Of a DNA stretch of 64,000 nt, positions 42,585 to 56,224 are shown piece by piece. Made by a program: the position numbers and the translations under genes. Under the pieces are notes generated by a model, which made no database searches, had not been told where the DNA came from, and saw only the letters and a list, made by a program, of their open reading frames with translations. The stretch's first letter is position 1; every line of letters starts with the position of its first letter. This stretch comes from Octopus vulgaris (Eukaryota): assembly GCA_951406725.2 (NCBI GenBank), contig OX597833.1:39122001-39186000 (forward strand), read 5' to 3'.

Positions 42585-43709
42585 AAAGATGCTTCTTGTC
42601 TGCTATATTAATATATCTGTACTTTTATGCATTATGTTTCTATATAAAAAGACCTTGCAAGGTAAGTACTGCAGTATTTGGCACTCTATGTTAAGTTGGA
42701 TATAAAGATTGTTTTGGTTCTAAGATTACTTCCATTGTGAATAACTGTTTTTTTTATTATTGTTCTTGTTACTGTTGTTATTTTTGTTGTTGTTGTTGCA
42801 GTCATTAAGATTAATCCTTCCGTTACCATATTTCTGTAAAAAAAAACACTGCTTTTGTTTCAATTAATTTTGAAAATAATGAAGAATTTAGTAAAATAAC
42901 CTTATCATTATTAAGCTGATGTTTGGCGCATAAATTAACATGAAATTTTAATGAAAAGTTTTAAGTGAGATCACTTCTAGCTGAAGCTTCTGTCAAAGAA
43001 CCAAGGGTGGTCTCAGGCAGGTTTGCATTAAAAGCCTGTGTTGTTCTTGTCGTTGTTGTTGTGGCTGTCATGACTGTTATTAATGTTGTTATTGCTGCTG
43101 TTGTTTTTGTTGTTATTTAATCCCAGGTCAGCCTCTATTCCGTAGATCTGTCATCAAAGCCTTTCTAGCCATGACCTTCCTAACCTTACCAATAACCATG
43201 TCTACACAGCGTATAATCTGCCCTTCCTTTTCAAAAAGGTCATTTGTTGATTTCATGAAAATTTTGACTGTTATTTCTAGCAGGTCAAGCGTTCATTGTT
43301 CATGTTCTTGTTTTATATTTTCTTTCCATATTGTGACAGAGCAGCTTATTCCACAATTACTGACCCACATGTCATGTAATAATAGATTGGGAAGAGTTCG
43401 TAGCATGGTCCGCTGGATTACTTTAATATTTAAACTAGTATCGATGCCACACTCCACTTTCTCTTCCACTCACTGACGATCTTCTGGTCTTCTAAACACT
43501 CACATACAAATATGCATACACACACATAAGCAAACGTAAGGAAATAAGAACGCTGCAAGTAGGTGTATGTGTGTGTGTATGTGTGTGCATGCATGTGCAT
43601 CTGTATGTGTGCGTATGTGAGTGCATAGCAATCTCTCTCTCTCTGTCTATCCATCTATCGATCTGTCTGTCTGTTTATGTATGTATGTATGTATGTTTGT
43701 ATCTGTCTG

Positions 43710-43746
<37 letters not shown>

Positions 43747-43769
43747 GTGTTTGTTTGTTTGTCTGTTTA

Positions 43770-43850
<81 letters not shown>

Positions 43851-43948
43851 ATAGAGAGATGGATAAGCACATATAAATATATGCACACTTATATATGTAT
43901 ATATATGTGTGTGTATATTTATAAATACATCTATATATATATATATAT

Positions 43949-44019
<71 letters not shown>

Positions 44020-44156
44020 TGCTATATCATCATTCAAACATACATACACATTCACATGTGCATATATATATATATATGTATATATGTATATATGCACATG
44101 CGTGTGTATGTATGTGTGTATATACATATATGTATATATAAATACATATATATATG

Positions 44157-44213
<57 letters not shown>

Positions 44214-44746
44214 ATATATACAATACACACATATATACATACATACAGCTGTGTTCATACATTCAAAAACATACACATACATATATACACATACAGTATT
44301 TCTTTTAATTATTATCTTCCCCTCTTCCACTACCATCATGTAGGGGTGGTAGTAGGAGGAGAAGTTATGAGTTTCCTGATTTATTTCATGGATGACTGCA
44401 TTTGTTGGAAATAATGTCAATTCTAAGAACATTGGAAAATTATCTCATACCAGAATCATCTATAGAACATATATATATATATACGCTAATATGTTTAAGT
44501 ATAAATATATATATATAAACACGTACATATACATACATACATACATACATATATACATACATACATACATACATACATATATTCATAAATATATAAATAC
44601 CTAGCTTTAAACACACCTGCATGGATAGATACGTGTGTTTCTGCAAATGTATACGTATGTATATGTGTGTGTATAGAAATATATACATATATACATGTAT
44701 ACCCATGCTAGCATGGAAGGCAGACGTTAAATGACGACGACAATGA

Positions 44747-44788
<42 letters not shown>

Positions 44789-44970
44789 GAATGCCAATAT
44801 CTATATGCAGATATATGCATATTTACGTATGTGTGCATATATACATGTACACTTGCACACACACACCCACACACAGACACACACAGACACACACAGACAC
44901 ACACACACACATACATGCATGAATGTTTCCAAATCTATTTCAAAGTTTCAAATTTCATCACAAATTTCAT

Positions 44971-45132
<162 letters not shown>

Positions 45133-45133
45133 A

Positions 45134-45164
<31 letters not shown>

Positions 45165-47222
45165 TTGTATATTAATAAATATTTTATGTGTTTAACATTC
45201 TAAGCTAAATTTAATGTAGCTAAATGACAGTTTTTAAAGCAACTGCTGTTGAACTTAAATTTAAATACATCTTATTCTCTTTGCATACTTAAAAAAGAAC
45301 ATTTCTGAGTGTGAAGAAAACAAGAAGACATATATGTGTTTGTGCATGTATATACATACATACATACATACATACATACATACATACTACATACATACAT
45401 ACATGCATACATACGTACATACATACATACATACATACATATGTACATACATACATACATACATACATACATACATACATACTACACACATGCATACATA
45501 CATGCATACATACGTACATACATACATACATACATGCATACACATATATATAAATGTATGTATGTACGTACATACACATATATGTGTGCCTGTATGTATG
45601 TGTCTGTGTCTGTGTCTGTGTCAGTGACTCATTGTCTTCACATTGCATGATTGTTGTAAATGGGTGTCATCATTATACAAGCAATGTTGTAGGTTTCCAA
45701 TCTTCCATGAAAATATGTCTGGCCTGGATGAAAGATTATCTTACTGGGCAGCAAGTGAGTATGAGTGACAAAAGATAAAATGTTTGCTATACAGCACCTA
45801 GTAAGTTAATATTTCTCCACGACCGGACATGTTTTCACAGAAGATTGGATATGAAGGACACTGGTTGCATAATGATGCTGTGCTGCTCATTTTACAACTA
45901 TCATGCAATGTCAAGGCAAGGAGACACTAACTCACACACGCACACACACACACACACACACACACCATACACACACACCATACACACACATACACACAAT
46001 GGACTTCTTACAGTTTTCATTCACCAAACTCACTCCCAAACCTTGGGTTGGCTCAGGGCTGTAATAGAAGACATTTGCTCAAGATACCCATGCAATGGAA
46101 TCGAACCCCAAAACATGGGGCTGGGAAGCTAACTTCTTACCGTACGACTACTCTCAAAATAACCCTCTGGCTGGGTCAGTAAGAATTGAATGATAAAGAC
46201 AGAACTTTGAATTTCAGAATAAAAACCAATCAATAAGCTTCCACACAGTTCCTATCATCACCATCATCATCATCATCACCACCACCACCACCACCACCAC
46301 CATCATCATTATCATCATCATCACCATCACCATCACCATCACCATCATCATCTTCACCATCACCACCACCATCATCATCATCATCATCATCATCAAGCAT
46401 GGGTGGGACAGTTTGACAAGAGCTGGCCAGGCAGATGCCTGCACCAAATTTTTTGTCTGTTTTGGCAGGATTTTTACAGCTGGATACCCTTCCTAACCCT
46501 AACCATCCAACACAAATTTCACTCCCATTACTTGGTTCAAACCAAGATGTTTGCTCCATGAAGTCCAGCAGTGACGTCAAATCAAAGATTTCGTTGATGT
46601 GAAGCAAGATTCTTAAAGACTTCATCGTACTGGCATCCATGTAAATACATGAGCATATGTTTCAAATTATGTATTTATGCATGCATGTGTTTATGTATGT
46701 GTCTTTCTTTTCTGTTTTTAGTCATTTTAATTCTTCCTCTGAAGAAGAAGCTGGTTTCTAACAAAGAAACAAAGCCCCATCATTGGAATGTAGATAACGA
46801 AAACAATGTCACATTTTAAACCTCAGAAAAGTCTTGTATAGTTTTACTGTTCCACTTACAGACTGTATTTGAAATGTGCATGTATATATGTGTGTATGTA
46901 TGTGTATGTATGTGAATGTATGTATGTATTTATGTATGTATGTATCGATGGATGGATGGCTGTATGTATGGATGGGTGATAATTTATGTATGTATGCAAT
47001 CATGTATGTATATATGTATGAATATATGTATGTACGTATGTATACATGTGTGTATGTACATTTGTATGTATGAATTTATGTATGTATGTATGTGTGAGTA
47101 TGTCCATACATATGTATATTTAGTGCATTTGAATCTTTTTAATTTAATTTTTTTTGCATATGAATATTTATGTATGTATGTATGTATGTATGTATGTATG
47201 AATCTATCTATCTATCTATTCA

Positions 47223-47275
<53 letters not shown>

Positions 47276-47639
47276 GTGTGTGTGTATGTGTATGTGTGCG
47301 TTCATAAAAACCATAATATAATTTTTAAAAAACCAAATGCACAATTCCTTTTGTATTGTAATTACTGAAAATTCATTATTCCAAAAGTTCATTATTACAT
47401 ATTCTAAAACATTATTCCAAAATACATTTTTAAATACTGCTTTCACTTATGAAAGATAATTATTGTCATGGCTGCCTGTTAGCCTTCAGTTAATAAATAC
47501 AGCAGTGTATGACTGGAGGTATTCTCATTATAGACGTTGTAGGTAACAAGTGAGGTAATGCTATGTATAACCTGAAGTTGTTATAAACATACTTAGGTAT
47601 ATGAGGAGTGTGAGTGGGCAGTAAGGTATGGAGAGAGAA

Positions 47640-47689
<50 letters not shown>

Positions 47690-48339
47690 CATACATACAT
47701 TCATACATATATCTATATATATATAATAACAAATTAATAAATAAAACATATGCATATATACATACATATATGTATGTACCTACATCTACATGTATATATA
47801 CATGCATATATGGGTACAGGACACCAAAAGAACGTTGAACACAATGAGAAGCAAAAACATAAACACAAAACAAAGGAAATGGACATTTTTCTTAAACAAC
47901 GAAAAAATAGAGTTCAGGACATACAACACAAGGAAAATTCCCCTTCTTCAGTCATATATATATATATAAGGAAGAGCACTCAGTCAGTTATGATGACGAG
48001 GATCCCAGCTGATAGGATCAGTGGAACAGCCTGCTCGTGAGATTAACGGGCAAGTGACTGAGCAATCCACAGACATGCGTACTCGTAACATAGTTCTCAG
48101 GGAGATTCAGCATGACACAGAGTGTAACAAAGCTGGCCCTTTGAAATAGAGGTACTACTCGTTTTTGCCAGCTGAGTGGACTGAAGCAATGGGAAATAAA
48201 GTGTCTTGCCCAAGGACACAATGCGCTGCCAGGAATCAAACTCACGAACTTACAATCATGAGCTGAATACCCTAACCACTAGGCCCACGTGCCTTATATA
48301 TATATATATATATCTACATACACACACATAAATATATGT

Positions 48340-48527
48340 GTTACAGAGTGAACAAAAAGATTTACCCTTATCATTCACTCTGTAATGCTGAGCTGTATTT
48401 CATCCTGTTCTCAGAGAATCCTATTGTAAACATGTTTAAAGAACACATTTATCATTACAAACATTGGAAAAACATACTTTTAGTTCCTACAAGTGATTTC
48501 TACCAGTCTATAAAATTCGACCTTTAA
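48340..48527 (+). pseudogene. Penelope-like ORF C-terminus relic
   Basis: SLCNAELYFILFSENPIVNMFKEHIYHYKHWKNILL resembles the PLE terminal motif C.LC..EK..I....LLN.R.E....C.H..K.LL; lies directly upstream of an HHR-containing repeat. Confidence 0.6.
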
Positions 48528-48529
48528 CT

Positions 48530-49070
48530 GTCTTCTTACATTTCACTTCCACTAGATATATCTATTTCAACACCTTTAATCTTTATTCCTGTTCACCTAT
48601 TGCACTATATTTCTCCACTTTTAATTGTCTGCTAATTTCTTTCTTCCTCCTCCTTCTCTTTCTATAAATTGCCTTTGATGTTATATCTTTTAACTGTTTT
48701 TAAAAAATAATGTACTAGTATTCACTTCATCATATATGCAGTCATCACATTCAGTTAAAATGTCTTATTGATGTGATTTGTTTCTCTTTTTTTCTCCGAT
48801 GAAAAGATTGCATTGTTTTACACCATTTTATTCCTTCTGGAATAATACCAATACTTCGAAACATATGTTGGAAGTATAAAGATTTGAATAACACCTGCGT
48901 TTAACTCCATTTATTTATTTATCTATGTTATACAAAAAACATTTCACCAACACCTGGAATTTCTCCCTTTATAAGTAGGCTGTTACATTTTCGGTACTTG
49001 TGAATTTTTGCTACCCTGGTAACTATTTATTTATTTTTTCCGTGTTATTTGTAAACACTGAAAAAATACA
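48530..49070 (+). mobile_element. PLE 3' UTR / pseudo-LTR with long-stem-II HHR
   Basis: HHR at 48791-48874: TTTCT-CCGATGA-AAAGATTG..CAATACTTC-GAAAC-ATAT-GTT-GGAAG. Paralog at 51158-51690; partial duplicate at 49808-49950. Confidence 0.7.
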
Positions 49071-49477
49071 CATACATTTATATATATATATAGTTCATAG
49101 ATGAGAATCAAATATTCTCTATAAAGAATACACTTAAGGGGTTTTAAAGATGAGTGGATAGGGAAGTAAATGTAAGGATAAGCAAGTTAGCCAGGTCAAT
49201 ATACAAAGTATATTAAATTCATGAAATTTGAAAAATGTATGTGTGTTTACATACAAAAAAGTCTGACTTATACAGAATAGAAATGATATCAAGAATTAAA
49301 GTGGCTAAAGAAAAGTATTACAAATCCAGCTGTTGTTTCTGGGGGCTTGGTGGTCCAAAATAATGTTTGTAGATTGATTCCCTCATTGGATGAGATGAAC
49401 CCCCGTTATCTTACATTTGAAGTGTTGACAGAAAAAAATTAAAAGAGAGAACTTTCTTTATATTTTATATATACATA

Positions 49478-49548
<71 letters not shown>

Positions 49549-49580
49549 GTGCACACACACATGCATGCACACACACACAC

Positions 49581-49640
<60 letters not shown>

Positions 49641-50357
49641 TATGTATGTATGTCTGTATATGAATACATATATATCTATCTATCTAATACCTACATACAT
49701 ATATTTCAGTTTCCAATTACCAATTTCACCAATACAGTTTTGGTTGACCCAGGGCTTTAGTTGAAGATACTTGCTTATGGTGCCACACAGTAGGACTTCA
49801 CCTGGAACCATTTATTTATTTATCTATGTTATATAAAAACATTTCACCAAGACCTGGAATTTCTCCCTTTATAAGTAAGCTGTTACATTTTTGCTTCCCT
49901 GGTAACTATTTATTTGTTTTTTCCGTGTTGTTTGTAAACACTGAAAATACACACACACACATATATATAGTTCATAGATATATGTATATAGCTTGATAAC
50001 ATTGTGTTTGCATAAATTTTAGATATATTGAATTTTTTCCCAATAAATCCAGTATAGATCAATTTATATTTTGTACCAATTTCTATATCTGAAAATACTT
50101 ACACAATACATTCGATTGTTGGTTTTGTATGATGTTATCCTCAAATAAAGATGTGATATTCTCCATTCTCGTGCATGTTACATACTCAGGATTTTAAAAA
50201 AATTCTTCAAAGCAATCTTTGGATATACTTATCAGACTGGAGGAATTACTGCAGATGTTAATTCAGTTTGAATCTATTGGTATCTGATTGTTTGATGTAG
50301 TTAATCAAATGCAGTTAAATATCTGCATAGATTTATTAATCTCTGTTACCATGTTGT

Positions 50358-50424
<67 letters not shown>

Positions 50425-50429
<5 letters not shown>

Positions 50430-50798
50430 AAATGGATAAATGAATTATCTTGTTACAGATTATTCAAAAGATAACCGATACCTGGGTAGCAAAAATCACA
50501 ACAGAAAAAATCACGGTTGAGGTTACGACCATGGCGTCTCAAACCCGTGCCTTAATGCGGAAATTTGAAGTTTATATATTTAGTGTAGGAAGAAATGGAG
50601 CTGAACGAAGATTTAACAAAATTCCTTTTTATTATTTTCTACATATGTTTCAAAGGCTGCAAAGTCCCTAATTCGGATTGAATAAGGCGACCATTTTGCA
50701 GCCTTCTCTTCAGCCTTTGCAGCCTTTGAAACATATGTAGAAAATAATAAAAAGGAATTTTGTTAAATCTTTGTTCAGCTCCATTTCTTCCTACACTA
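50425..50798 (-). mobile_element. Fold-back PLE-derived element with HHR core at the inversion point
   Basis: 84-bp arms at 50581-50664 and 50715-50798 (one mismatch). Minus strand reads CTGAAGA-GAAGGCTGCAAA..TTTGCAGCCTTT-GAAAC-ATAT-GTA (50713-50640). Confidence 0.8.
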
Positions 50799-51402
50799 TA
50801 TATATATATATATATATATACATACACACATACACACACACACACACACACATATAAAGAATAAAAAAAAGGAGTAAAAGAACACACACACATATATATG
50901 TGTGTGTGTGTGTGTTCTTTTACTCCTTTTTTTTATTCTTTAACATGTTTCAGTAATAATTTAACTGCAGCCTTGCTAGAGCACCATCTTAAAGGGCTTT
51001 TAGTCAAAGAAATCGACCCCAGAATTTATTCTTTGTAAGCCTACTACTTAGAATATTAGTCTTTTGCTGGGCGGCTAAGTTACATGGATGTAAACACACC
51101 AACCTTTAGTTCATACAAGTGATATCTATCACTATATATAATTTAAACATTAATTTTCTTCTTACATTTCACTTCCACTTGATATATCTTTTTCCAAGAC
51201 TATAGGGTCTTATTTAATATACATATCATTATATACTTCTCATTTATTTGGTTTTTCTTGCCTTTACCCCTCCTCTTTCTATAGGCTACCTCTGACATTA
51301 TATCCTCTAATGTTTTTTTTAAAACAAATAGCGTTCAGTTAATCATTATACATATCCATCATTTTCTGTTAAAATGTCTTATTGATGAGTTTTATTTCTT
51401 AA

Positions 51403-51489
51403 TTTCCCTGAAGAGAAGATTACATTGTTTTACACCATTTTATTCCTTTGGAATAATATCAGTGATATCTTTGAAACATGTGTCGGAAG
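51403..51489 (+). ncRNA. Type I hammerhead ribozyme with extended stem II
   Basis: TTTCC-CTGAAGA-GAAGAT-(46 nt)-ATCTTT-GAAAC-ATGT-GTC-GGAAG; GUC triplet, predicted cleavage after C51484. Confidence 0.75.
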
Positions 51490-52120
51490 TAAAAGAATTT
51501 GAATAACACCTGCATTTACCTCCATTTATTTATTTATATATATTACACAAACTATTTTATGTAAACCTGAAGTTTCTACCTTTAAAAACAAGGAGTTACA
51601 ACCTTTTTACTTGTGTGATTTTTTGCTACCCTGGTAACTATTTATCTATTTTTTCTGTGTTAATTGTTAACAAGGGAAAAATACACACATCGATATCTGT
51701 ATATATCTATATATATATTTATATATGTAGAAATGCAGGCTTGGCTGTGTGCATACAGACACACATGTGTGTTTTACTTAAGACAAAACTATATGAATGT
51801 AATATAATGCTGATAACATGGAATCAAACTGGATGAAATGAGGACAAAAATAAAATGCATGAAGTTACCTTAAAAAATTAAAAGTTAAAAACTAATAAAA
51901 ATTATATAAATAAATGAATAATTGGAAGTAAAAATATATAAAATATATATATATAAAATCCTTCAAGGCAATGCTCCAGCATGGCTGCAGTCAGATGACT
52001 GAAACAAATAAAAAAAAAAAAAGATTTAAAAGAATATACATACATAATTCAAAAATTCAATTAATAAAAATGCTATGAATATAACAAATAAGAATTATTC
52101 AAAATATAAAGATAGAGAAC

Positions 52121-52190
<70 letters not shown>

Positions 52191-52855
52191 CGATTACGAT
52201 GACGATGATGATGATGATGATGATGATGATGAAAACAACAACAGTAACTACAGCAATAATAACAACAACAGCAATAACAATAACAACAACTATAATAACT
52301 TATTAGTTCAAAGTAAAATTTAAAAACAATTTATGTCACCCTCCATTTTCCCCACAAAAGAGCATTTCTTTTTATTTGTACAGGAAAACAATTGTGTAAA
52401 ATAATATAAAAATACAAAGACAGGACGCATTGATAGAAAAACGAAAATGAAAGCTTAATTTTAAGGAAAATATGATAAAATATAAAGCTGAAATAAAAGT
52501 CTAGAATAGAATATAATACAAACAAAAATATTTTTGTCAATTATGAAACGATGTAATGATTAATATAAAAATTATATGAAAAAAATGTAAAAATATAAAA
52601 TGAATGTAAAAACAAAATTATAAATAATTTGATCTCTATATTATAATGGCTGATATAAATGTTGGTTGGTTTGTTGGTTGATTTCTCCTGTCACATTTTA
52701 CACAGCATAAAGAGAGGTGGGGAGAGTGTAAAACATAGATACAGAATGAGCTAACATGAAAGATACAGAATGAGCTAAATGAATTCTTTGTATAAACTCA
52801 GACAGTGAGAAAGCGCCATAGAGACAGAAGGAGGAGGAAGAAGTAAAAGAGAGGG

Positions 52856-52926
<71 letters not shown>

Positions 52927-52996
52927 ACGTGTGTATACGTAGGTAAGTATATGTATGAATATATCTATATCTATATATTATATATGTATGTATATG

Positions 52997-53573
52997 CAGG
53001 GTGCGATGGGTAAATTGTTGCCATTTTATATTTTTAATTTTGCACATGTGCATTGTTCATTTTTGATTTTGTTGACTACACAGTATAGTAGGGTCAGTTG
53101 GGCACCATCTGTGAGAAAAAACAGCACTGTGATGCAATTCACTTTGCTAGAAATTTGGAAACGACATGCTGTACTTCTTGGCATTTATGCCGGAAGTTCC
53201 AATGCGAACTTTTCATAGTGTTTGGATGTCAATCTGAGGAAAGTGCAGAGGACTGCAACCTCCTTGCTTATTATATATGGGGTGCAGTTGAGCGAGAGAC
53301 CAACAAAACTCCTTGTAACACCAAAGAGGAATGAAGGCAAGGATTATGGCAGCATTCACCAACTTAAATAAGGAGACTGTCCAGAAGACCTGCAGGAGAT
53401 CCTGAAGTTATCTGGATGATGTAGATGAAGCCAATGGCGATTTGATAGAATAAATTTATTCTTTAGTATTTCAAAGAACTTTATGTAATTTTAGTAAATA
53501 TATCTGTTAAAACGAGATGTCCGTGTTATTTTCATTTTTGTGTAATTTAGATGACAATTTATTCACTGTATCC

Positions 53574-53575
<2 letters not shown>
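52997..53575 (+). mobile_element. Internally deleted Tc1/mariner (maT-like) transposon
   Basis: TIRs CAGGGTGCGATGGGTAAATTGTTG / TGACAATTTATTCACTGTATCCTG; remnant DCNLLAYYIWGAVERETNKTPCNTKEE. Confidence 0.75.
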
Positions 53576-53611
<36 letters not shown>

Positions 53612-54054
53612 CATGCATGTGCACATGTGTGTATATACATATATACATATACATATATCAGACAGAGACAGGCAGAAACAAGGAAAATGCCCCTTGTATT
53701 TGAATACTATGCAAATAGTCTTTTTAAAAAACTTTTCTTTTAATTTTTCCAAAATTTAATTGTTTTCCATACTTACAGTTGAAAAAGTCTCAATGACTGA
53801 AATCAGTACTGAAATGTTTTTTACAAAATTATTTTAGCATTTTCTACCTTGACTTTTTTCCATACATACATACATACATATATATATATAAATAAATATA
53901 TATATATATGTATATAATAATATATAAGCAATATAAAAGCAAAGAGGTTTATAAGTTTCCCATTACCATTTTACTGAATCAGCTATTGACTCATATGGTA
54001 AATACTATAAACTGACAGTTGGAATTTGACCAAACCATTCAGTGATGGAGTGGT

Positions 54055-54104
54055 CACCACTGAAGAGCTTTAATTTCAAACAAAACTAGAATTCTAGCAT
54101 GGTG
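54055..54104 (+). ncRNA. Degenerate type I hammerhead ribozyme
   Basis: CACCA-CTGAAGA-GCTTT..AAAC-AAAA-CTAGA-at-TCTAG-CA-TGGTG; stems I and III intact, G12A and U16.1C changes. Confidence 0.55.
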
Positions 54105-54381
54105 GTCTCACTCACTGTGGGGTGGTTAGCTCCCTTGTCAGTACATAGACATGTGCTTCTTTGTGGCTAAGAGGGTTTTTGCCTCTTATTTCTAGCAATG
54201 TATGTGCTACCCTGTACCATCAGTTACAATTATTGACAATCGAATTCTTCCTTTTTGGTTTTATATTGCTTGTAGCCGCCTTCATTATTTTATATATAAA
54301 ATAAAATATATATATATATGAACACACACACATATATTTATGTATGTATGTATATTTATGTATGTATGTATATATATACAT

Positions 54382-54612
54382 ATATATATGTATCCAGCAT
54401 GAAGAACTTAGGCGAGCTGCGCGAAAGCGCACGGCTCGTATAGTGAATGGGGAAAGCTTGGTCTGCAATGTTTGCAGTCGTGTATGCTTGTCAAGAGCAG
54501 GGTTCATTAGCCACCTACGGAGCTGCAAATGCAAAATATAAGTTAGTCCTAGAGCGCACAATGTTCCTGAAGGTCGGCAATAGTCTTCCTTGGTCACGAG
54601 TGGATGGCCATC
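54382..54612 (+). mobile_element. RTE-clade LINE 3' end
   Basis: IQHEELRRAARKR..LVCNVCSRVCLSRAGFISHLRSC, a C-terminal zinc-finger motif typical of RTE ORF2; short 3' UTR then (AT)n. Confidence 0.75.
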
Positions 54613-55619
54613 ATATATATATATATATATATAGTATTATAAGGATTCAGATGTACTTGCAAAAATATGCACCAGGTAGGGTTGGATAAACCTGTGGTTC
54701 TGGCCTATAGTTGGTAAGTATCAAATAGGATATTCCAGTTATGTATACAAAGAAAACCAACTCTATGATTATATAGCATCTAAGGACTGGTTCAAAGCAA
54801 GCATTATGTTGAATTGTATGTTGCTGGTATACTCTAAGGTGTCTCATAAGTCATAAATCCCCTTAGTGTATTATAATCAAATGAATAATGACAGACAATG
54901 GATAATTGTCAGCTCATTACAACTGTTTCTTATGCATTTTTAATAGAAGAATGAGAACATTACTTCATTACAAAATAACCATAATGATCAGACGAAATGT
55001 AATTTTACAAACAAAAGACTATCCCAAGAATACAGCAGGGATGTGGCTGAATTCTGTTGAGGCTAACTATGTTGGCATTCGGGGTTGGGGTTAAGTTAAG
55101 AATATAGTTTGTGAAAGGGTGTAATATGATATTTAAGATCAGTGACCCAGGTGAGATGGGAGTTTGCTAGACTAGTTCTTTGATAGGCTAAAGGTAGTGG
55201 GTATGTGAAATTTTATTATACTAAGCTGAGAGAAGTGGGTAGCTGATAGAGGACCAAAGATAAAGTAAGGATAAAAAATAAAGTAAGTAAAAAGTAAAAG
55301 TAAAGAAATCACAATGACCGACAAGGCTATCAAATGTTGCTACACATCGCTGGTCACAATACGCTTCCTATTGTTTTAACCTGCAAATGACGCCACCCCA
55401 CAGGATAAGTGAGCAGGCCAAAAGTAAAGAAATATAAATGCCTAAATAAAACCAATTCTTGGGATTTTCGTTTGTTTGTAAAATTTCATTTCACCTGATG
55501 ATTACAGTTTTTTGTAATGAAGTAACGTTCTCATTTTCTATTAAAAAATGTGTGAGAAACAGTTGTAATGAGCTGACAATTATCCATTGTCTTTTATTAT
55601 TCATTTATATATATATATG

Positions 55620-55693
<74 letters not shown>

Positions 55694-55708
55694 CATACAC
55701 ACACACAC

Positions 55709-55750
<42 letters not shown>

Positions 55751-55752
55751 TA

Positions 55753-56169
55753 TATATGAATAAATGAAAGAATGGAGTTGAATGAAGATGTTAACAAAAT
55801 TCCTTTACTCTCGACACATGTTTCGAAGACAGCCTATTTTCATTCCGAAGGAATAAAGGGTGCATTATGCAATCTTCTCATTATGCAATCTTCTCATTAT
55901 GCAATCTTTGCACCCTTTATTCCTTCAGAATGAAAATATTCTATCTTCGAAACATGTGTCGAGAGTAAAGGAATTTTGTTAACATCTTCATTCGACTCCA
56001 TTCTTTCATTTATTCATATACAACACACAAATTTTTACACATGAACCCGGAGTTTCTACCCTTAACAGGTCGCTTCAACCGTGTTTTCTGACGTGAATTT
56101 GCTACCCAGGTTTCGGTTAAACGAATTTTCCAAGCTGACAATAAACATAGGATAATTCATTCACCTACT

Positions 56170-56170
<1 letters not shown>
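55753..56170 (+). mobile_element. Fold-back PLE-derived element (same family group as 48530, 50425 and 51158)
   Basis: 112-bp arms at 55753-55864 and 55909-56020; spacer holds ~3 copies of CATTATGCAATCTTCT; has the CGAAACATGTGTC HHR 3' half and the GCTACCC.GGT motif. Confidence 0.8.

Positions 56171-56224
<54 letters not shown>

Larger units (their letters stand above)
41637..42748 (+). mobile_element. Tandem array of three ~310-330 bp HHR-containing units (retrozyme-like or PLE pseudo-LTR-like)
   Basis: Units begin at ~41637, 41948 and ~42250; the third is split by a LINE tail and resumes at ~42583. Shared blocks: ttcttgtctgcta, ggacct..gctaat, cacattaaa.tgg.tataaagattg, aataaa. Confidence 0.75.

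Noticed and set aside
46735-46775. CTGAAGA..GAAAC near 46740
   Set aside because: The GAAAC pairs with an upstream GTTTC, so the geometry does not fit a hammerhead.
55491-55530. CTGATG-ATTACA..TGTAAT-GAAG as a hammerhead
   Set aside because: Core lacks a separate A9, has GAAG instead of GAAA, and has no clear stem I.
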